Shown: positions 49,601 to 62,481 of the stretch, piece after piece
Position numbering within the stretch: position 1 is the first letter of the stretch
How the letters are laid out: the number at the start of each line of letters is the position of its first letter
NCBI GenBank assembly: GCA_040954595.2
Contig: CM082598.2
Coordinates: 9,253,097 to 9,317,096, forward strand
Reading direction: 5' to 3'
DNA from: Balanoglossus misakiensis
Taxonomy: Eukaryota > Animalia > Hemichordata
DNA length: 64,000 nucleotides
Notes under the pieces: generated by a model
Databases searched by the model: none
The model's input: only the letters and a program-made list of their open reading frames with translations
What the model was told of the DNA's origin: nothing
Translations under genes and position numbers: made by a program

Positions 49601-52600
49601 CTTTTTTTACAGCTGTGCAGCCACAGTTCTTATCATACAACAGAACATAGTACATACTAGTAAATCAATTTGTTCCATGACCACACACATTAAAGGGACA
49701 AAGTCTCTCTCTCGCTGCCCTTTTTCCATTAATTATGTTTGATACAAGACACTGTTTATGTTATTCTACATGTGTATGAGTAGTGAATGAACGTTCAACC
49801 ACACACAACTTCCATCTCGCTTGTAGGATATGAGAGTAAAAACTCGACCAAAGTGTGAATAAATGGTAGAGACCGATTATTCATTTTGGCAAGTTTTTCC
49901 ACTCTCGTGTCTACACGTGGGATGGAAGTTGTGACTTGTGTGTGGTTGAACGTTGATATTCATATCGACATGTACATTAACATACACGTTATCTTGTATC
50001 AAACATAATTAATGGGAAAGAGGCAGCGAGAGAGCGACCTTGTCCCTTTAACAGACATTACAATTCTACAATGCTGCATTTTTTGAGCTAGTTGCTTCAC
50101 TAATGGCGAGTCCATGATGAAGGGAGCATGATATCCAGTATTCAATCATGTTACCAAAGCAACACAGTAAGAACTTCAATAGAAAGGCCCTAAAAGACAA
50201 TTAATTTAATAATTTATTATTTCAATGAACCAATGATTGATGCATAAAAGTAATACCCAATGAATTTTCCACCATACTTACATGTAAAGAGCAAGTTGGC
50301 TTCACCACTGCATCATTTCAACACAATGCTAAGTACAGTACTCCTGCTAAAATCTTCAATTCAATAGACCTTACTGATACTTGATAAGAGTAAGAGCATA
50401 ATCAAGTTTACAACATACGTACTGATGCTGGAGACATCCAGGAGAACCGTGTTTGCCTTGGTTGCAGTCCTTAGGACCACCAACCACTAAATTGATTGGC
50501 TACCCATGAATTGTTCAGCTATCCTCTGTACAATGAATGAATGAACAACTGTGACCAGAATGAAAATTCAACTATTTTTACTGACATTTGGATCACCTTA
50601 AACATGTCTACAAAGTGTTAAGAAATGCACTCAAATGGGAATTAGCTTAATTCTGTGAGTTTGTTTTTCAACTAGTTTATAATGACATCAATACCTATAG
50701 CTCATTAACGGCAAACACGGGAAAGAAAAATCAATTTTGCCTCAAGCTGGTAGATTAGTGTGTGAGAACTTGAGCCAAGTCTACTGTATTGGAGGGTGGC
50801 TTATGACAGAAGGGAACACCTACGATGAGATTAGCAGTAGCTAAGCAACTAGTCTATGGAAGTAAAATCAATTTGGCAGTCAATGGAACGCATTCCATTG
50901 CATTTGTTTGAGGCTTGCTTTATGGAAACTTTTTTTCTTCACTGGGCCAGGGCTTGTTAAGATTGTAAAACTAATACAGTGTTTTTGTTAATGGTAAAAA
51001 GGTTTTATCTCCTTGTCTCACTCTCATTCACTTTATTTGAAGTCTTGGCATGTCTGAGCCAGTCATAAATGTTACTTTGTTCCCAAACCATTTATGTATT
51101 TTTGTGAAATTCAGAAAAAAAAACTATAACGTTATGGTAAAACACCTGGTATTCCCTTAAGTTATCTAATTTACCTAATAATGTAACAAAATAATGACAG
51201 AATAATGGAACAGAAATAGTGTTCAAAGTTAGGTTAGCGAATTTGCCTTTTTAAAAAATAAGCAGACAGCCATCTATCCTAATGAATATATCTTTTCAGT
51301 TTTCTACTGTAAAATGCGATCTAAAATAATTTTTTGACACTGAAACACGGTACTGCTCTAATTGACAACTTGTACAATTTCATTTTCAAGATTTGGCGGT
51401 ATCTTCAAAGAGCCCTCTAACTTAGCCCTCTAATATCACATTCGATAGAACACGTCCAAACAAGATTATTTGCATCTGACAATACACTCCATAAAATATA
51501 CCATTAGTTCATAGCTATAAATTCTTTCCGCTATTTTGTCAACAGAAAATCAGTTCTCACAATATGGTTTCTGTATTAGCTCAAACATATTCTTGTAGAG
51601 TATGTGTTGACCAAGAGACGACAAAAGGCCGACATGATATCTTGACTAAAACACACACACTATTTGGAATGTTGCATGTCCCGGCAGTATTACACATTCT
51701 TGTATTCACTAAGGGCAACAATGACCCGACATTGTTAATGTACACCGCCTTTAATCTAAGAAAAGCACTCCACTCAAAACCTGATACAACATTTCCACCA
51801 CATTGCTTGACAGTATGTGTCCTAGTTTGGAATGAGCAAGTTGTGCTTTTCTATGCCAGCGTGCAACTAATTATGATCATTGTGAGACCAAAGTCTATAG
51901 CTATGCAATGCTACAAACTCTTGAATACTCAGCAGAATAAATCCATTTAAATTCAACATTAAGGGTGAGAATTTCTGCACTTGGTTAGCTTATAAATATT
52001 TCATGACACAGAGGAGCTATAATTACTCCCATTGTCTCAGTCAACTTGGTCTTGTCTTTTAATTAATACTATTACAGAACCAGTTTCTAACAATAGACCA
52101 TTTTCCAAACTCCATGAGACCCTGCGAGATTTCATGTGGTGGCTGAGCAGTTTGTATTGGAGGACATTTTCTTTGACGCCGGAAAAAATAACACATGGCC
52201 CATTGTGTTAAATACTCATGGGCTGCATTTTTGGGGAAATTATCATAAAATTAACTTCCAAACTGTGCTAATATTAGCCCATACAGATGTATGCACTGAA
52301 GTATACACACAAGTATTTTAAACCCCAAAGTATGAGTGAATATGCAAGTTTTACCAGATAAATATTAAAGCTTTGCCACAAAGGAATATGGCCGTCACCG
52401 TGGGAAAAATGCATTTATAATGAAAACTCAAACATTAGCGCAACACATCGCTCCCCGCTAGACATCAGGCAATACGCGGTGTTTATGTCCTCGCGCATAC
52501 TCAGCGGTATTTTCGTAATAACCTTATATTACCACACACCGACCCTTGTAAATATGTAAAGCTGTACTCACTGAATCTATCTGGGTGATTTTCTGCAGTT

Positions 52601-55600
52601 CCTGCATTAGGTTTGTAACAAGAATCCATTTGGAATCAACACCACTCAAGCCGTTGGCAGCAGCCACAATACTTGCTGCTGCAATCATGGACGGAGGATG
52701 TACAACAAAACCATAATCTGAAAACCAACATTTAAAAAAACTTAAATCTTAAAGCTCCATTATCTGCATCTTTTTCACATGTTTTCAATATTTTTGTCAT
52801 GTGTATCTACTGCAGTTTCCTGTTCAAATTCCTGAAACATGATGAAATGCCTAGTGTTTAACTTATCAACGTACTACACAACCTTTTTTTTTTTTACTTA
52901 TATGTGTATAGTCAGCATTGTTATTGTGTAAAATTTGTATTCAAGTCCGGACTAGAATTCGTCTGTCAACAATAACAATGGTCGCTACACACATACAGGC
53001 TATACTGACATATGGAGTACTGGTATATTAGCATACTGTTCAGTGCAGAACAAGAAATTGCATTTGACATACAAAAAAAGGTTACAGCTAATGTCCTTTT
53101 ATGTCATTTTTTTAGATATGACATGATATGACACTGATAGCTTGAGTTATTCATACCTCCCAACTCCCTGGCTATTCCTCATCGTAAATGGTACTTACAG
53201 ATTATTTCAGAAAAAATGCAATCTTAACTAAAAGTTTTGACAATGGCTGACAGTTGTGATTACCATGCATGGCTAAATCAATTTTCCCTGTAGCAAAATT
53301 TCATTTATCTAGGACTTTCAAAAATATATTTTTTCTTGAGTGGTGTGAAAAGGGTCTTTCCAAAAGTTTATGAATCCTGAAGCTTTGGCGAGTGAATCGG
53401 GTCACGGCTACTTCTAGGCATGATAATCAACCTCATCAGTGACCACCCTTTTGTCTCTCTCCAGCCACGGAAGACATAACCAAGCCGAGATCTTGAGTTC
53501 TTTTCTTTCAGTATTCTTTTCAAACAAGCTTATACAAACATACATCTACATACAATTTCACTGACAATTCTGTCAAGAAAACCCAACCCAGGTCAAAGTT
53601 CCTTACTGTATTTTTATTTTTATTCAAAGTTTTTATATATAGTGGGGCTATGCTGTTGATTTATGCCAAAATGACCATGCAATTGATGTGTGGTCAGCGT
53701 GCCCCTCATTTTGCATTGTAGGTCATTTAGTGATACCGCCAAACTGACATCATTTTGAAATTGTCTAGGTTATTACTTGTTTGTATCCACGACAATATCA
53801 CTACCTATGAATCTGCAACTTATTAAAACGAGATAATTTCTGAAGTCAATACTTCACGTTCCTAATGCCAGTAATATAATGAAAGTCTTGCCAAAGATTT
53901 TTGTCTGACTTGCCCTGACCACCTATTGCAAAGTCACTTTCATTCACGACTTGAAAAGTGAATTTTTTTAGTCAAACATATGACTGCTAAATAAAGAGTT
54001 TATAACCTGATTTGAGGGTTTCACAAGGTAATTTGAATCATGACCATGACCTTTTGACCTTTTAAATGGAAAGTCCAACTCTTGTGACTCTAGGCTCATA
54101 AATGTAAAGAACTGTTGACAATCAACAATGTGCTGTCTTTTTATAACATATTCACATGGAAAATAATATTTTTCAGAAACTTTCTTTTTTACCTCAAAAC
54201 TGACACTATTCTGCTTTCTTATTCCATTGGTCAAGTGTGCGTACTCTTTCAACATTAAATTTATTTCACAAAAGTGTAGGACTGGGTTAGACTACAGAGT
54301 AGTTGGACTTCCTGGAAAGGAAAGTCTTGACCTATCAATTAGCTTGACTGTTGATGTATTCAAATTATACCTAGCCTTGACCATATTCTAGCCTTCACCT
54401 TGGACTGACACACGCCACTGTTTGACTCACAATTCATCAGTAAACACAACACTGATATCAAATGGAATCCCATGTTTGTGGACAGCAGCTGTAACTTTTG
54501 ATATCTACAGTATTTTTTTAGCCACTAGTTCCTTATTCTACCCCCTCCAACATGTTGATATACCAAGTATTCAGCTTGTTCTCACAGCCCACATAGTAAT
54601 GTTACTGTTGACGATTGAATGTCAAAAATAGCCTGGTGTACTTTATTTGTGTAACTACTTTGTTGACCAGTTGAATACTTGGCATTTAAAGGGATAAAGT
54701 CTTTCTCTCGCTGCCCTTTAACAATGTTCAACCATACACACCTTCAATCCCGCTTGTAGACACGAGACTGAACAATTTTTGCCAAAATGAATAATCAGTC
54801 TTTACCGTTTATTCATTTGGGGAGATTTTTTCTCTCATATCCTACAAACAGGATGGAAGTTGTGTGTGGTCGTACATTGATATACACATCAACATACACG
54901 TTGTCTTGTATCAAACATAATTAATAGGAAAACAGCAGTGAGAGAGCGACTTTGTCCCTTTAAACATGACTTAGCTAGTAGAACAAGACATGGTAATTGT
55001 TCCACAGACCGAAATACTGAAATAAGTGTCAACTACTGTCCTTTTCAGTTCAAATAAAAGCATTTCCTAAAATGTGGCTTCTGGAAATAGTATTTTATAG
55101 AGGTCTGCACATGGCCAAAGGGGATAAAACAGAAATTTTGGATAACTTTCCCATTCCAGAGAATATTGCTTTAGTTATATTATATGCCAAAACAATGTTT
55201 AGTATAAGTATTACCAGATTCAATGCGGGAAAGTCAGTTTGCCAAAACACACATTTCTCGACCTGAACTGGGTATAAAAATTTCCTTTCCATGAGCCACA
55301 ATAAATGTAGATTTATACACATTCTTTTAGCTTAAGGATGTATGCGCAGAACATGAACTGATAACAGTGCGCGCGTGTCTTTTCCCCATATGATTACATT
55401 GATAATTGTTAGAAAACAAACCTCTACTATTGTCATTTTCACGAAATTTTACACATAGCTCAGTCAAGTAAATATAAAATCATTGGTCAAATAAAATTGT
55501 GTGGTCACCGCATTCTATTTTGAGATAAATTTCCTTAAAATTTTTGTCCATAGACAAATCACCCAGAAAAATCATTGGTGAAAAATGCTGAGTCAGCAGT

Positions 55601-58196
55601 TTTCTTCTATTATTGACTGAATTCATGGCCCTGTATTTCATCACTGATTTTCATTACACTTACAAAGATAATAAAAAAAGCATCAATTAAAGGGACAAAG
55701 TCTCTCTCTTGCTGCCCTTTTTCCATTAATTATGTTTGATACAAGACACTGTTTATGTTATTCTACATGTGGATACAGTCAAACCCCTCTTAGTGGCCAC
55801 CCCTATATAACGGTCACCTCTATATAGTGGCCACTTTGTTACAGTCCCTGTGCAATTCACATGTGTGTTAATTAACCTCTATATAAAGGTCACCTCTCTA
55901 TAAAGGCCAGTTTAGGAAAGTCCCTTGACTGGCCACTATAGAGAGGTTTGACTGTATATAGTGAATCAATGTTCGACCACATACAACTTCCATCCCGTTT
56001 GTAGTATATGAGAGTAAAAATCTCGCCAAAATGAATAAAAGGTAAACACCGATTACTCATTTTGGCGAGTTTTTTCACTCCTGTGTCTACAAGTGGGATG
56101 GAAGTTGTGTGTGGTCGAATGTTGATTCACTACATATCCACATGTAGAATAACATAAACAGTGTCTTGTATCAGACAAAAGTAATTGAAAAGGGCGACGA
56201 GAGAGACTTTGTCCCTTTAAAAAAATGACAATACTTTCAATTTTACTGACATGGTCACCAAGCAACAGGATCTGAAGAGAATTTAAGAAAACCAACCTGT
56301 TGAACAGAGAGCAATAAAAGTTTGTGCGTGCTTCATTATAAGTTGTGATCGGTGCCTTTCTAGTGGTAACCTAGTCAAAATTTGTTCGAGGAAGTCGTGC
56401 GGTGTCACTGCAGACAGGTCCCACTTCAACTTGGAAAGTACTAGAAGTTCCATATCCTGAACATGGTAAAGAGAAAAGAGACTCAATATGCAAATTTGAT
56501 CAGTGCTCTCTATCGTTTTCTTCTCAGAAAGGCAAATGAAAGTCACTCTTAACCACCTTTTACGGTGACACTCTATCAGAAATCACAAAATTCTGTATAA
56601 ATTATCAATATTTCGACAGCCTTGCAAACAATTCCTCTTACATACACAGCTAAGTTGTTTAGCAATTTTCCTTTTGCATAAATTGGTCACGGTCAAACAT
56701 TCGTCACGCTCTGAACTGACAACATTGACTGTGTTGTGTCAAGGGAATACTTCAATTACTACCGTAAAATTTGCAATTTCCTTGAGGTTTTCTGCCGATT
56801 TCACGGGATGACAGAGTAAGGTAGCAATTTGTAAATTTCGCCATATCGATTTTCAGAAAGCTTCAGCGACATGGTTCTTGGGCACATGACAAATCACAAA
56901 TAAAGCATTTGATAAGCAGGAAAACAAATAAAATTGCTCAGTGGGAAAAGGTTCTGACGACCATCCGTAAAACCCAGTCGGCGAGGATGCATTCATAATA
57001 ACTGGATGTCAACATGTTTTCTACTTCTAATCAAATATGAAGAAATGTACGCCAATACAATATGGTATCGCGCACGCAAAATCATGTCAGCGTAGATGTT
57101 GGTCCCCAGACAAAGATCACACTCGCAGTCCCTTTCCGCATTCCGATAGTGAACAGGGATTTCCTCGTTTACGATCACTTTCGTCACTGGAATGAAACAA
57201 CCATAAATATCCCAGACAATGATAATTACCAAAAGTTCGTCACATGTAATCGAATTATCGGTGTAAATGCACAATTTTTCCGCGGAGAGCGGGATTGTTT
57301 CTTTGAGTTTTGAAGATAAGAACATGCAGGCTGCTCCAAGCAGTTGAAGGCAGTTTTTCTTCCAAGGGACAAGAGAAAGAAAGCGATCCAAATAGTTCAT
57401 CGACAGGGGAAAAACTTCTTCTTCGCAATTCTGTTCCACACAAACCTGAAATAGCAGATAAAAATGAAAGAACCAATCAGTCAACGTGGACGGAGGGAGT
57501 CTTTGTTAGTCCATGCCACCAGCAATGACTACAGAAAGGCGTTCTCGCTATATGGCATGGCGTGTATCATTACACCACCAACTTGGAATCCCGCCAAAAC
57601 CTTCTTCTCGACTTGATATTATTTTTTCAAAAAATTACTAAAAATCGATGCCGTCGTTTAATTTTCGTTAATTATACACCAAATTAAAGCTTGTTTTATG
57701 GTCTACCTAAATATGTATAGTTTGAAAAGCTACACAGGTTGAAATTTGTTTAACGCGACTTCAACGATTACACACCTCGTCTTAAAGAAAGAAGCCATAC
57801 GTGATCAGTCGAGGCAAATAATAAAATATTTCCTAAAAATCTGGACAACGTGTAAAATATCGCTTATTATGAAAATTTTATAATTTATACAATACTCCAT
57901 AATATATATTGCCTACAGTGAAAAAATATGCCATAAAAGCGGGGAAATCGACATTTCTGTCAGAGATCCCATGATGATAATTGAATGAATGAGCAACCAT
58001 ATACCTCAAGCATCCAGTCAGCCACCATTTTCCTCATGAACGGTTTCAAGTCTGTCTGCCACTTAAAATAGCACGGCGATGGACAATATCTTTCTTCGCA
58101 ATCAAGCAAATTTGTCAGAACTCTAGAATCCTTCAGAAGAACGGGGTCTTCATATGCTTTCTTGCTTTGCTCCACCTCACAGCAGAAGAGATCCAT
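46462..58196 (-). CDS. CCND: G1/S-specific cyclin D, complete 5-exon CDS join(58196..58005,57445..57230,56456..56297,52717..52572,46611..46462), 287 aa
   Basis: 864 nt open across GT-AG junctions. N-terminal LFCCE (LxCxE), cyclin box [13 protein letters not shown]...YLDRFLS...[30 protein letters not shown], and C-terminal [12 protein letters not shown]. Confidence 0.97.
47368..47622. mobile_element. TIR element in intron 4 (family not assigned)
   Basis: CAAAGGAAGGGGTCATTGCGCCGCGTG...CACGGCGCGAGGACCCCTTCACTTTG imperfect inverted repeats. Confidence 0.55.
48278..48650 (-). mobile_element. L1/Tx1-type LINE 3' fragment in intron 4, sense to cyclin D
   Basis: [13 protein letters not shown]...[17 protein letters not shown] matches the post-RT C-terminus of L1/Tx1 ORF2; it ends with AATAAA (48309-48304) and an A-rich tail. 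Confidence 0.7.
49694..50047. mobile_element. Palindromic TTAA-target (Kolobok-like) MITE, copy 1, in intron 4
   Basis: TTAA|AGGGACAAAGTC.CTCTCTCGCTGCC...GGCAGCGAGAGAGCGACCTTGTCCCT|TTAA; the arms are complementary over most of the length. Confidence 0.9.
52572..52717 (-). CDS. CCND: Cyclin D exon 4
   Basis: TTTTCAG|AT...TCA|GTGAGT; (D)[48 protein letters not shown]. Confidence 0.95.
52753..53097. mobile_element. Second Kolobok-like MITE family (copy 2), 35 bp from the exon 4 acceptor
   Basis: TTAA|AGCTCCATTA...GTTACAGCTAATGTCCT; inverted homologue of 39097-39434. Confidence 0.65.
54690..54959. mobile_element. Palindromic Kolobok-like MITE, copy 2 (internally deleted), in intron 3
   Basis: TTAA|AGGGATAAAGTC...GACTTTGTCCCT|TTAA. 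Confidence 0.88.
55691..56216. mobile_element. Palindromic Kolobok-like MITE, copy 3, in intron 3 (carries a nested Tigger MITE)
   Basis: TTAA|AGGGACAAAGTCTCTCTC...GAGAGACTTTGTCCCT|TTAA. Confidence 0.9.
55776..55954. mobile_element. pogo/Tigger-type MITE nested in Kolobok-like copy 3
   Basis: TA|CAGTCAAACCCCTCT.AGTGGCCA...TGGCCACTATAGAGAGGTTTGACTG|TA. Confidence 0.9.
56297..56456 (-). CDS. CCND: Cyclin D exon 3
   Basis: GTTCAG|GAT...ACAG|GTTGGT; [53 protein letters not shown]. Confidence 0.97.
57230..57445 (-). CDS. CCND: Cyclin D exon 2
   Basis: TTTCAG|GTT...TTG|GTAATT; [24 protein letters not shown]...[14 protein letters not shown]. Confidence 0.97.
58005..58196 (-). CDS. CCND: Cyclin D exon 1 (coding part)
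   Basis: Kozak-like ACAATGG; [10 protein letters not shown]...[11 protein letters not shown]|GTATAT donor. Confidence 0.97.
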
Positions 58197-58620
58197 TGTG
58201 GAAGTCGGTGTCTGTGCAAACCAAGCTGCTTATGTCCCACCACTGTGGTCCCACGCACTAGGAGAGGGGTAGAAGAGAAAAAAGAGCCGCTACTAAGCAA
58301 TCTAAACCGTCGATCTCACGTATGGATGCAACTAGGAGCACATTGTGAAGTCAGAGGTAGACTGTACTTGACTGGGTGGTTGGTGGATGGCCGGTTTTTC
58401 AACAAAGAGCTAGCTTTCGGGATCTTCCTACGGCCAACTCGACCGGCCAACAACACACCACTGTCTGGAGACAGTTCAGTCGTCGACCAAGGGAACTTTC
58501 AAGGGGGTCGTCAAATATGTAAATTTGGGGTTAAAAGGAGGAGGGGCATCGGATGTTCCGATTGGATAAGAAGTAGACTTATCTGACAACTTATTGACAG
58601 AGTGATTTTATTGTGGTTCT
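58197..58620 (-). promoter_or_regulatory. Probable 5'UTR/proximal promoter of cyclin D
   Basis: GC/CpG-enriched relative to the flanks. CCAAT box (minus strand, 58565-58561), kB-like GGGAACTTTC (58491-58500) and a near-GLI TGGGTGGTT (58373-58381). TSS not determined; short motifs are weak evidence. Confidence 0.45.
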
Positions 58621-60377
58621 TATTGACAAGTCAACAAAAGGGAAGCAAGTAAGCTTTAGCAACAACAGGCACGGGTAAAGAGAATTGGAAAACATCAGCG
58701 TATGAACAATTTCAGTTACATTTTTCTGATGATCAAACTTTTCTCAGATTTTTCAGTTGCTATGGATCCCTAGGTATAGACATGTAACTAGTACGAGATA
58801 TCATTCAACAGATTCTGACATGGAAGGAAAAATGTTGACTTTTTTCTCTCTACTTGTGCCAAGTTCATTCATTCCTCTCCACTTCATTATCAGTGACGGT
58901 TCTGAAAACTAATACATTGGGCGCGTCATATTAAAATTAATGTCAGAGATCATCGAAGTTCTCTCTTTGGTCGTGCATGAGTTACCATATACAGCGCCTC
59001 GCATTTTCCCGAATCAACAAAAATTGCCAAATTCCTATACATGTGCGATTAGCATCTAGTTCTCCCAATATACATTCTGCCACTGTATTTAGCATACGTA
59101 TTTCGATCCCCGTTTCTTGGAGGTAACTCCATGGCGGTACCTCCATGGTTTAACGGTGTGGTTGGTGCATGGCAGACGAGCTGTCCCGTCAGAAAGTTAT
59201 CCAAGACAAGTTATAGGTTGATAAAGGCATATTTTGGGGTAGTGGTACTCTGCAAATCCCAGTTTGATTCGCATTGTCTCTTGCAGTATTGGAATTTCCG
59301 TTCTTTGTCAATGTTTTCCAAGGGGTGAAAAAAAACCACGCTCGATTATATTCCTGCTACTTTGCATAGCAGAGTCCTGTAACATTTCCCCTGATGAACA
59401 CTATAATACCTGCACTCTAGTTGCTAAGCACCTTAGTGCACATTTTACCCTAGCAGCAACCCCCAGTTACCAGGCAGAGATTACTATATTTAGCCGCACG
59501 TAATCTATCAATCAAAGAGACTTGACCCCGCCTTTCCAAGTAATCACTGGCAGCAGGCATCGCAATGTCCAATCACAGTCGCACGGCTTTCCACTGTGTT
59601 TGCGACAAGAGATAACATCCGAAAAAAGTTTGATGCAACTTTGATGGACATTGTCGCCCGCATACGATAAATCCGTAATCTTGTCGGTCAAGCTACCAAA
59701 TTTAAGCATATAACTTCCGATGTCATGCCTGAAATTTGGGATTATGTATCATGAACGATTTTATATTTGAACGATTTATATTTTATATTTCCCATGGAAT
59801 CTGTTAGTGTTAGAACTACACGGTATTTTTTGTTGATAAATGTAATAGTAACCAAACCTTAGAATTCGTCCAGCCCTATGGATGCAATAAGCAATGGTCT
59901 TAAAAGTTAATTTAGTCGATCACGTCAATGTCTCTGGTTGTTCGCTGTCTAGGACAGTTTATGCAACCTGCTTTGTACTGTCAAATCGATCAAAAATTGG
60001 TGTGTATATTTTTGACAATTAAGAACGGGTTATAGACTGGTGAAAGAGTTTCGGTATAGGTGCGTGTTTACAGCAAGCATGAAGTTACAAGTTTTTCCGA
60101 TGGATACCGACCACCTATACTCTTATCCATGCGTACGAAGTGTGGTGACCGTTCACGTAGGCCTGGGTTACGTGGTACACACTATATGAAGTATGATACA
60201 GCCATGTTCTAGTGGGCGGAGATGAAAATTCCGAACGTTCTTCTATAGTATTCAGAGATGACTGGTACAAAAGTCTGTCCTAATTGTATACCGATCGAAT
60301 GTCTGTAAGACCCGATACCAGCAACGAATGTGAATGAGATTATGGGAACACTATTACGACTTGGAAGCTAGTCTGGT

Positions 60378-60457
60378 ATCCAGACCCCAACGTGTGTTTT
60401 AGATAGACACACACACACCTGTATGTGGGTCTATCTAAAACACACTGTGGTCTGGAT
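60378..60457. mobile_element. Short hairpin, probably a minimal MITE
   Basis: ATCCAGACC..GTGTGTTTTAGATAGAC-loop-GTCTATCTAAAACACAC..GGTCTGGAT. Confidence 0.6.
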
Positions 60458-62481
60458 CGAGGTTCATCGAGGTGTGTGTGGTATGGGTATGGCACCTCCA
60501 TTCTCAAACATGAGCGTGTCCGTTTTCTTACGTCTGCACAGAACCCCAGCCTCGATCAATGGTCCCCAATACAAATGTATATAGCTATGGCTGCCTTTAC
60601 AAGAAAACCTTTTTTATGTAAATTCTCAAGACAGGTGTGAAAACTATGTTAAAACGTCTATTCCGCTGCGTGCCATGTGGGTACTTTGCGGCAAGTTTTC
60701 GTCACGGTGAATATATTTGCCAGAATAAAAGCATCGCCAAAGCAACGGTGTGTCGTGCGCCATAGTCGTGTCAATTTCCTAACAATTTCAGAAAGGAAAT
60801 CCCTTAGGCGTTGGTTGTTTGCAACTATTAAATGCAAACACGTGCTCTTTTCGCGCACACAAAAGAGTCGCGCGCGCGGACTTAACCATTCCGATGCATG
60901 CACTGTAGGGGCGAAATGAATACGGCATGCCTGCGTCGCTTCTAAAAAAATGGGAGACGACTCACCATATTCTTAAGCCTACTCACTTATTCTACATCAA
61001 ATATGAACGTGCTTTGACTATTTAGCGATACGGAGGATGAGTTCTAAATTAGAGATGAAATAAAGGGCAATTAATTTGTGTTTAGGTATGGATACATGGA
61101 AATAGGGGGTAAGCAGGGGTAAACGTGGAATATGGCCGGCATTTTCTATTTGTTGTCGACGTCAATCAATATTTTTTCTAACCTATTGCTTGTAAGGAAG
61201 CCTCCAAACAGGATGGTGATTTTTAAAGCCATATTTTCATTTTCCTAAGAAAAGTGAAAGTCGACGTCCCTACATGCGCAAACCACACTTTTCAGAAATC
61301 CTAGTAGCAAATATTAAAGTGTCTGTGCCATGCCCTTGATTTCCGATCAAAATCTCAATCATAGGAGCACTTTTGTATAGATACTTAATTCGAAACCGGA
61401 AACCGCATACATTTTGAGCCAAGACTTATTTTATATCATATTATTAAAATAAAATTTAAAATTGAGTTGAAGTCGCCACCTATAAAAGTTTATATCCAAT
61501 CCGAAATAGTTCTCTTCCTTTATCCTTGTAAGTTGTAGCGTACGTTTTTTCCTCGTAGACACTATTTGACAAATTACGCAAAAGAAAATTGAGTCAAATT
61601 ATCGCGCCATAATTGCCGACAAACAAAATGTTTATTTTGCTGTAAATGCGTATAGAATCACGTTGGAAATTTGAGATTATTCGGAGAATGCTGGGTCGAT
61701 ATTTATTTTAAGTTTCCAGATAAACAGAAATATACCAGGAATATCTTTATTTGCATAACAAAGAAACTATAATACAGTCATTTGGACATGTCAACAATGG
61801 TCGATCACTATTTAATAAGTCGTTTTTCCTGAAATAATAGTCTGTAAGCCAATGAGACACAAACTTGTCTGAGAGTTTAAATTTCTAGACAATAAAAAAA
61901 CGCTATTTGATTTGGGACAACCCTTTCAGCCTCACTGACTATTCAACATGCACCCATAACTTAATTCTCACATGCAGGCACTGTCAAAATTGGGCGCGTT
62001 ATTTTACTTTACACAACGCGCCCGACTTAGACAGTATTGCTAGTGAGGATTTCTGGAACACTTTGAAAGTTGTGGCTATAGGCTAGTATACAGCCACTAC
62101 CTAGGTTTCCACTACCAGAGGCTCTCCAGTTGCACAGTTGGGCATCATCAGCTCCCCCCCCCCTCTCTCTCTCTGTGCCACATTGTAATCTGGTGTTAAC
62201 GGATTTACATACATTATTATCCTGTGGTGAATATTCCCCGGTTTCACTTTTGAAAGGAAGCCGATGATAATGAAGTCTTGGGACACGTGTCACGCGTAAA
62301 AGTCCCCATGCAGGAAAACAGTCGGTGCAGGTGCTCGCGACCATTGTATGAGCCTGTCCAAAACGTCATTAAAAGTTTGTTCACTTCCTAACTGCTGACA
62401 TGACTTGCTCCGAGAATTCCCGTCTCTTATATCATTGGACATTGCTATGTCAAAGAAATGTCAACATTTCGTGAACTTTGA

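Noticed and set aside
50413-50530. Cryptic exon in cyclin D intron 4 (TGTACAG acceptor, would add [12 protein letters not shown])
   Set aside because: Weak polypyrimidine tract and no homology; cannot be supported without RNA data.
58167-58586. 139-aa plus-strand ORF over the cyclin D 5' region
   Set aside because: Non-ATG start, no recognisable motif, and explained by the GC-richer promoter/UTR composition.
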